From assembly GCF_009914755.1 (NCBI RefSeq), contig NC_060929.1: a stretch of 64,000 nt of DNA; one strand, written 5' to 3'. The notes beneath the pieces are model-generated. The model saw only the letters and a program-made list of their open reading frames with translations, did no database searches and was not told the origin of the DNA. Shown piece by piece: positions 59,017 to 64,000 of the stretch. Position 1 is the first letter of the stretch, and the number at the start of each line of letters is the position of its first letter. Both the position numbers and the translations under genes were made by a program. Origin of the DNA: the human T2T-CHM13v2.0 reference genome, Homo sapiens.

Positions 59017-59450
59017 TAGTAGATTGAAAAACTGGCCACAGTTCTTCGTTCCTTCTTATGTTTATGCCCATTTAATGTAGCTTTTATTTATTTTTTGTTT
59101 TTTGCCTCAAGTGGTGGCGTTTCTTTTTCCTTCTCTTTAATTCGAGTTGACTATGTGATTGGCTGGCAATAGAATGCAATATAAATGACAGTCTGTCAAT
59201 TCTGATCCTAGAGCCCAAAATCTGGAGTCACTGACCTCCACTCTTTACTTTGAATTTTGTGCAGTTGCCACTTAAAAAAGTTTTAGCTGGCCTGCTGGGG
59301 ATTGAAAGACCACAGAGGGCAAACACATTTGTCCACATAAGGCCAGCCCAACTGCCAAATCACAGAAGCATGAGTTAAAGAAATGGTTATAGTTTTAAAC
59401 CACTTAATTTTGGAGTGGTTTGTCACAAAGCAAAAGCTAACTGATATACA
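59017..59450 (+). mobile_element. MLT1-type MaLR LTR (old)
   Basis: Ends ttttaaaccacttaattttggagtggtttgtcacaaagcaaaagctaactgata. Confidence 0.65.
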
Positions 59451-59809
59451 TGGTCAATATCTTCCTGGCAGAGGAGTAGGACATTAGTTTGTCATGTAGG
59501 CAATCTAAATTCACTTATACTGTATATAAAATTAGTTTGACACTTTATTTAATTATAAGATGAACTTCTTTTCACCCAAGTATATTAGACAAGCCACAGG
59601 TGTCAAGTCAGTCTTGCCTCTTTATAGTCTATCTTAACATGAAGATCCAGTGTGGTTTTAGTCTTTCGTGAGTTCTAGCTTTCTGATGCTGCCGTATAAG
59701 CACCACGAGACTTTGATTATCCAACTTACTTTTGAAATAATCACTATAAACCTGACTCCTGTTTAATTTTTTTTTTTTTTACATTAGAATGCCACACAGT
59801 TGTCTAAGG

Positions 59810-60147
59810 AAGGGGCCCATGGAATGATACAGGTCTGTGGCCTGTTAGGAACTGGGCCACACAGCAAGAGGGAGAGCAAACATTATGGTTTGAGCTCTGC
59901 TTCCTGTCAGATCAGCAGCTGCATTAGATTCTCATAGGAGTGAAAACCTTATTGTGAACTGCGCATGTGAGGGATCTAGGCTGCGCACTCATTATGAGAA
60001 TCTAATGCCTGATGATCTGAGTGATCTGAAGTACAATGGTTTCATCCCGAAACCATTGCCCCCACCCCAACTCCCACCTCCATGAAAAAATTTTCTTCCA
60101 CCTTTCAGGAAACTGGTCCCTGATGTCAAAATGGTTGGGGACCAATG
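59810..60147 (+). mobile_element. MER1B (hAT-Charlie)
   Basis: ctgtggcctgttaggaactgggcc, gcattagattctcataggag, gaaactggtccctg; 8-bp TSD gtctaag(g/a) at 59802-59809 and 60148-60155. Confidence 0.85.
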
Positions 60148-62539
60148 GTCTAAGATGTCTAAAGGAAGAAAGAAATTTTTCTGCGTAAAACATTTGGTAT
60201 ATTTTTAGGTAGACCTAGTGTAAGTCCAGATTGAGAGGCTTTGCTGTGTTTCACAGTTGCCTTTTTGTGTGTGTAGACACCGTGTATGTGTGTGAGTATA
60301 TGAGTGCATCAAATAATGAATAGTAATATAAAACAAATTGCCTTTCTTATTGTCTAATGTTAATTAAAACCAAATGTCCCTTTCACAATGCACCTAATGT
60401 GCTTTAATTATTCTGTATTGTGCGGATGTGACAAAAGGGAACATGCAATTATTAAGCGGAAAAAGTACACATTGTACCAATAATTGTCCATAACGTGAAA
60501 TAGTATTGCTTTTCCCCTGTGAATAACTTGAATCCTTGCCAAATAATCCACTCCACGCCCTTTAAATAATGTAAATTATTCTTTCACAATAATATGTATT
60601 TAAAATTACCTTTTATTGAGTTTAACAGAAACATGTTCATTTCCATTTTCCTTCTTTCCATAGTTTGAAATAATACAAAGCCATAATATGTTTTTAATGT
60701 TTTCTACTGGCATAAATTTTAATCATAAAAATGGGTGTTACTCTACAGAATATAGAGCTTTGGAAGCAGTTAGAATTAGATTTGAATGCTAATATTTTGT
60801 ATTTAAATGTGAGCAAATCTCTTACCTCACTGAGATTAATTTTCTTGGGGTAAGAATACCTATACCTACAAGGATATTGGATGTGAAGGGGCTGATGAAC
60901 AGATAACAGGTATAAGGTGGCCAAGCCACAAATAACCTTTCTTATAATGCTTAATGATTAGGAAATAGAAACAAAATCCATTAAGATAAACTCAGATTCT
61001 CAGATATCTGAATTATTTCTCAATCTTTCACTCTTAAATTATCTTCCTTTGCCTTTTCAATTATTTTTTCTATCAGTGAACCCTTACTTTCCTTCTAAAT
61101 GGTGAAATTATTTGGGAACTACTTGAATAATATTTCTCACTTAACTAAATGCTGACATATCAGAAAGAAACTCTAGATAAAATACAAGGGTTTCCTGAAA
61201 GACAGCTACTGTCTTCGTTAGACGTTTTTCTCTCCAAAGGAGGAAGCTGATTTTCTCTAAAGTGATGTTGAAAAAGATCATTGAAAGAAGACCATGAAAC
61301 AGAGACTGCTTTTCAGCCCAATTTTGGTGGTCATTTTTCTGCAGCTCTGTTCCCTTATCCATTTTTCAGTATCATGAAAGTCAGGTGTCAACTCTGGGAA
61401 TGGCTTTTTGATTCTGACATTAATTCTCATGGTGGTTTTGAATATACAGGTGTAGTTCATCAGTTCATTATTCTTGTGGGAATTATTTGTGGACCCCCAG
61501 TTAGAATCTGGTTTTTAGCCATCAATCTGCAATCACTTAATTCCTAGAACTGAATTACTTCCTTTTTTAAATATCTAGGATGTTTTCTGTTTTTTGCACT
61601 ACACCCTGACAGATAAGGTTTCAAAATGTTTTTGAAAAGGCAACGTGTTTGCCCAACATAGTGGGATTGTAGGAAAGAAATGAGGATAGAGAGGTAGGTT
61701 GGATTCAAATTAAAGGGATTGTTCACTGTGTTGGTAAGGAATTAATTTTAAACTCATGACAAGCCACAAGAAGCTTCTGAACATAGTGGCAGCATGATCA
61801 ATGTGTGTTTTAGAAAAGTGATTCTAGAATCTGCACCTGGAGTAAATGGAAGGATGCCAGACTGAAAGCAAGTGGTCTGATCTGATGGGACCTGTTGGAG
61901 CTGGCATCAACTATCATTGGATCAAAGATAATCTTCTGAGATAACCGTCCTTTCATAAACAATAGGCATAAATTGCTTTCAATACAGCTGAAAAAATCCA
62001 AGAAGAAAATTTTTATTTGATACCATAGCCAATAGCTGCCATTTTACTTAACACTTTAAAGAAATATCCATAACAGGCATTTTAAAATAAACATTATAAT
62101 ATGATGTTCTAAAGAGAAGAAATACATTTTCAGGCTGACAACATGGGCATGGAAATATGTAAATAAATGATGTAGGAGATACATATATCAAGTATTCTCT
62201 CTGACAGAGTTCTTGGCAAATATATCAGTTCTTAAAGCTTCAGCATATCAGTTGTCTTCAATAAACCAGTAGAGCATTTGCAGAATCAAAAACCATTCAA
62301 TGAAACCAAGTGCCTGACCTTTTATAAGTCTTTGGTACACACTGGTTCTTTTATTTTCCAGTATCCCTACAACACAGAAAGACTCTGATATTCCAAGCCA
62401 AAGCTAGGCATATTCTGAGGTAGAATGTGTCCATAGGTACAGATATTTTGTCTGTGGAGTACCAACAACTATATGGCCATTGAACAAGCTGACATAAGTG
62501 TCATAAAAGAAAATAAGTACTCCCTGATGATTCAGGAAA

Positions 62540-64000
62540 AGGAAGAATTATATAAATCTAACCAATCTTGCTGAAACTATTCCTAAAACTCAAGGAGGAA
62601 AGACTCTTCCCTAACACGTTTTACAAGGCCAGCATCAATCCTCATAGCAAAAACTGGCAGACACACAATGAAAAAAGAAAACTTCAGGTCAGCATCTCAG
62701 TGAACATAGAAAAATCCTCAACAAAATACTAGCTAACTGAATCCAGCAGCATATCAAAAAGATAATTCACCACAAACAAGTAAGCTTTATTCCTGTGATG
62801 CAAGGTTGGTTCACCATACACAAATAAATAAATGAGTCCCACCATATAAACAGAATCAAGAACAAAAACGATGTGATCATCGCAATAAATGCAGAAAAAG
62901 CTTTTGATAAAATCTAACATCACCTCATGATAAAAACCCTCAGCAGATTAGGCACTGAAGGAACATACCTCAAAATAATAAGAGCCATCTATGACAAAAC
63001 AACAGCCTGCATTATACTGAACAGGCAAACTCTAGAAGGATTCTCCTTGAGCGCTAGAACAAGACAAGGATGCCCACCCTCACCATGCCTATTCAATGTA
63101 CTACTGAAAGTTATAGCCAAAGCAATGAAGCAAAAGGAAGAAATAAAAGGAATCTATCTAGGAAAAGAGAAAGTCATACTATCTTTCTTTGCTGATGATA
63201 TGATTCTATATCTAAAAAACCCTACAGACTCTGCCAAAAGGCTTATAGCTAATAAAAAGTTCAGTAAAGTTTCAGGATACAAAATCGATATGAAAAATCA
63301 GTCGTATTTCTACACACCAACAACATTAAAGCTAAGAGCCAAATCAAGAATGCAATCCAACTTAAAATAGTCACAGAAAAAAATAAGTCACCTAGAAATA
63401 TAGCTAGCAAAGGAGACGAAAGATATCTACAAGGAGAACTACAAAACATTTCTAAAATAAATCAGAGATGACACAAATAAATGGAAATATATCCCAGGCT
63501 CATCAGTTGGAAAAATCAGTATCATTAAAATGGCCATACTGCCCAAAGCAATTTACAGATTCAACACTATTCCTAATAAATTACCAATGTCATTTTTCAC
63601 AGGATTAGAAAAAACTATTCTAAAATTCATGTGGAACCATAAAGGAGCCTGAATAGCCAAAGCAATCTTAAACAAAAAGAAGTAAGCTGGAGGTATCATA
63701 TTACCCAACTTCAAACTATACTACAAGGCTACAATAACCAGAATAGCATGGTACTGGTAGAAAAGCAGACACATAGGCCAAAGGAATACAAAACTCATAA
63801 ATAAAGCCACACAACTACAACCATCTGATCTTTGACAAAGTTGACAAAAATAAGCAATGGGAAAAAAGTCCCTGTTCAATAAATGGTGCTGGGAAAACTG
63901 GCTATTCATATGCAGAAGAATGAAACTGGACCCCTACATCTTCACCATGTACAAAAATTAACTCAAGATAGATTTAAAACAACTGTAAGACCTTGATCTA
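62540..64000 (+). mobile_element. 5'-truncated older L1 (L1PB/L1MA-like) ORF2 region, running off the window
   Basis: TRQGCPPSP and FFADDMILY in ORF 62927..63370; several frameshifts and stops. Confidence 0.9.

Overview
This is primate (human or great-ape) genomic DNA, not microbial. It reads as a segmental-duplication mosaic of the GUSB-pseudogene/POM121-like family. (i) 1-~14.2 kb is Alu/MIR/LTR-rich intron-like DNA. (ii) 14.24-~17.2 kb is a GC-rich intronless block with an uninterrupted 708-codon (from the first ATG) POM121-like ORF on the minus strand, built from in-frame internal duplications. (iii) A near-complete THE1D-type MaLR provirus (17.46-19.57 kb) points towards that ORF. (iv) An unprocessed beta-glucuronidase pseudogene fragment (GUSB exons 5-8 with introns, 23.6-25.6 kb, plus strand) carries a frameshift and dead splice sites, and the block ends abruptly inside an Alu at ~27,846. 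(v) 27.85-64 kb is AT-rich, apparently gene-free DNA with old repeats, a 5'-inverted L1 containing a nested antisense L1, and a full-length inactivated L1PA4-like element with an intact ORF0. I see no intact conventional gene and no clearly new multi-gene system. The best leads are the POM121-like ORF and its possible LTR promoter, a two-hairpin H/ACA-like candidate RNA at ~10.35-10.50 kb, an L1 fold-back structure, and a template-switch palindrome at an AluY tail. Repeat subfamily names and comparisons to GUSB/POM121L come from recalled consensus sequences, not a database search. Most short ORFs in the track are repeat-derived noise.
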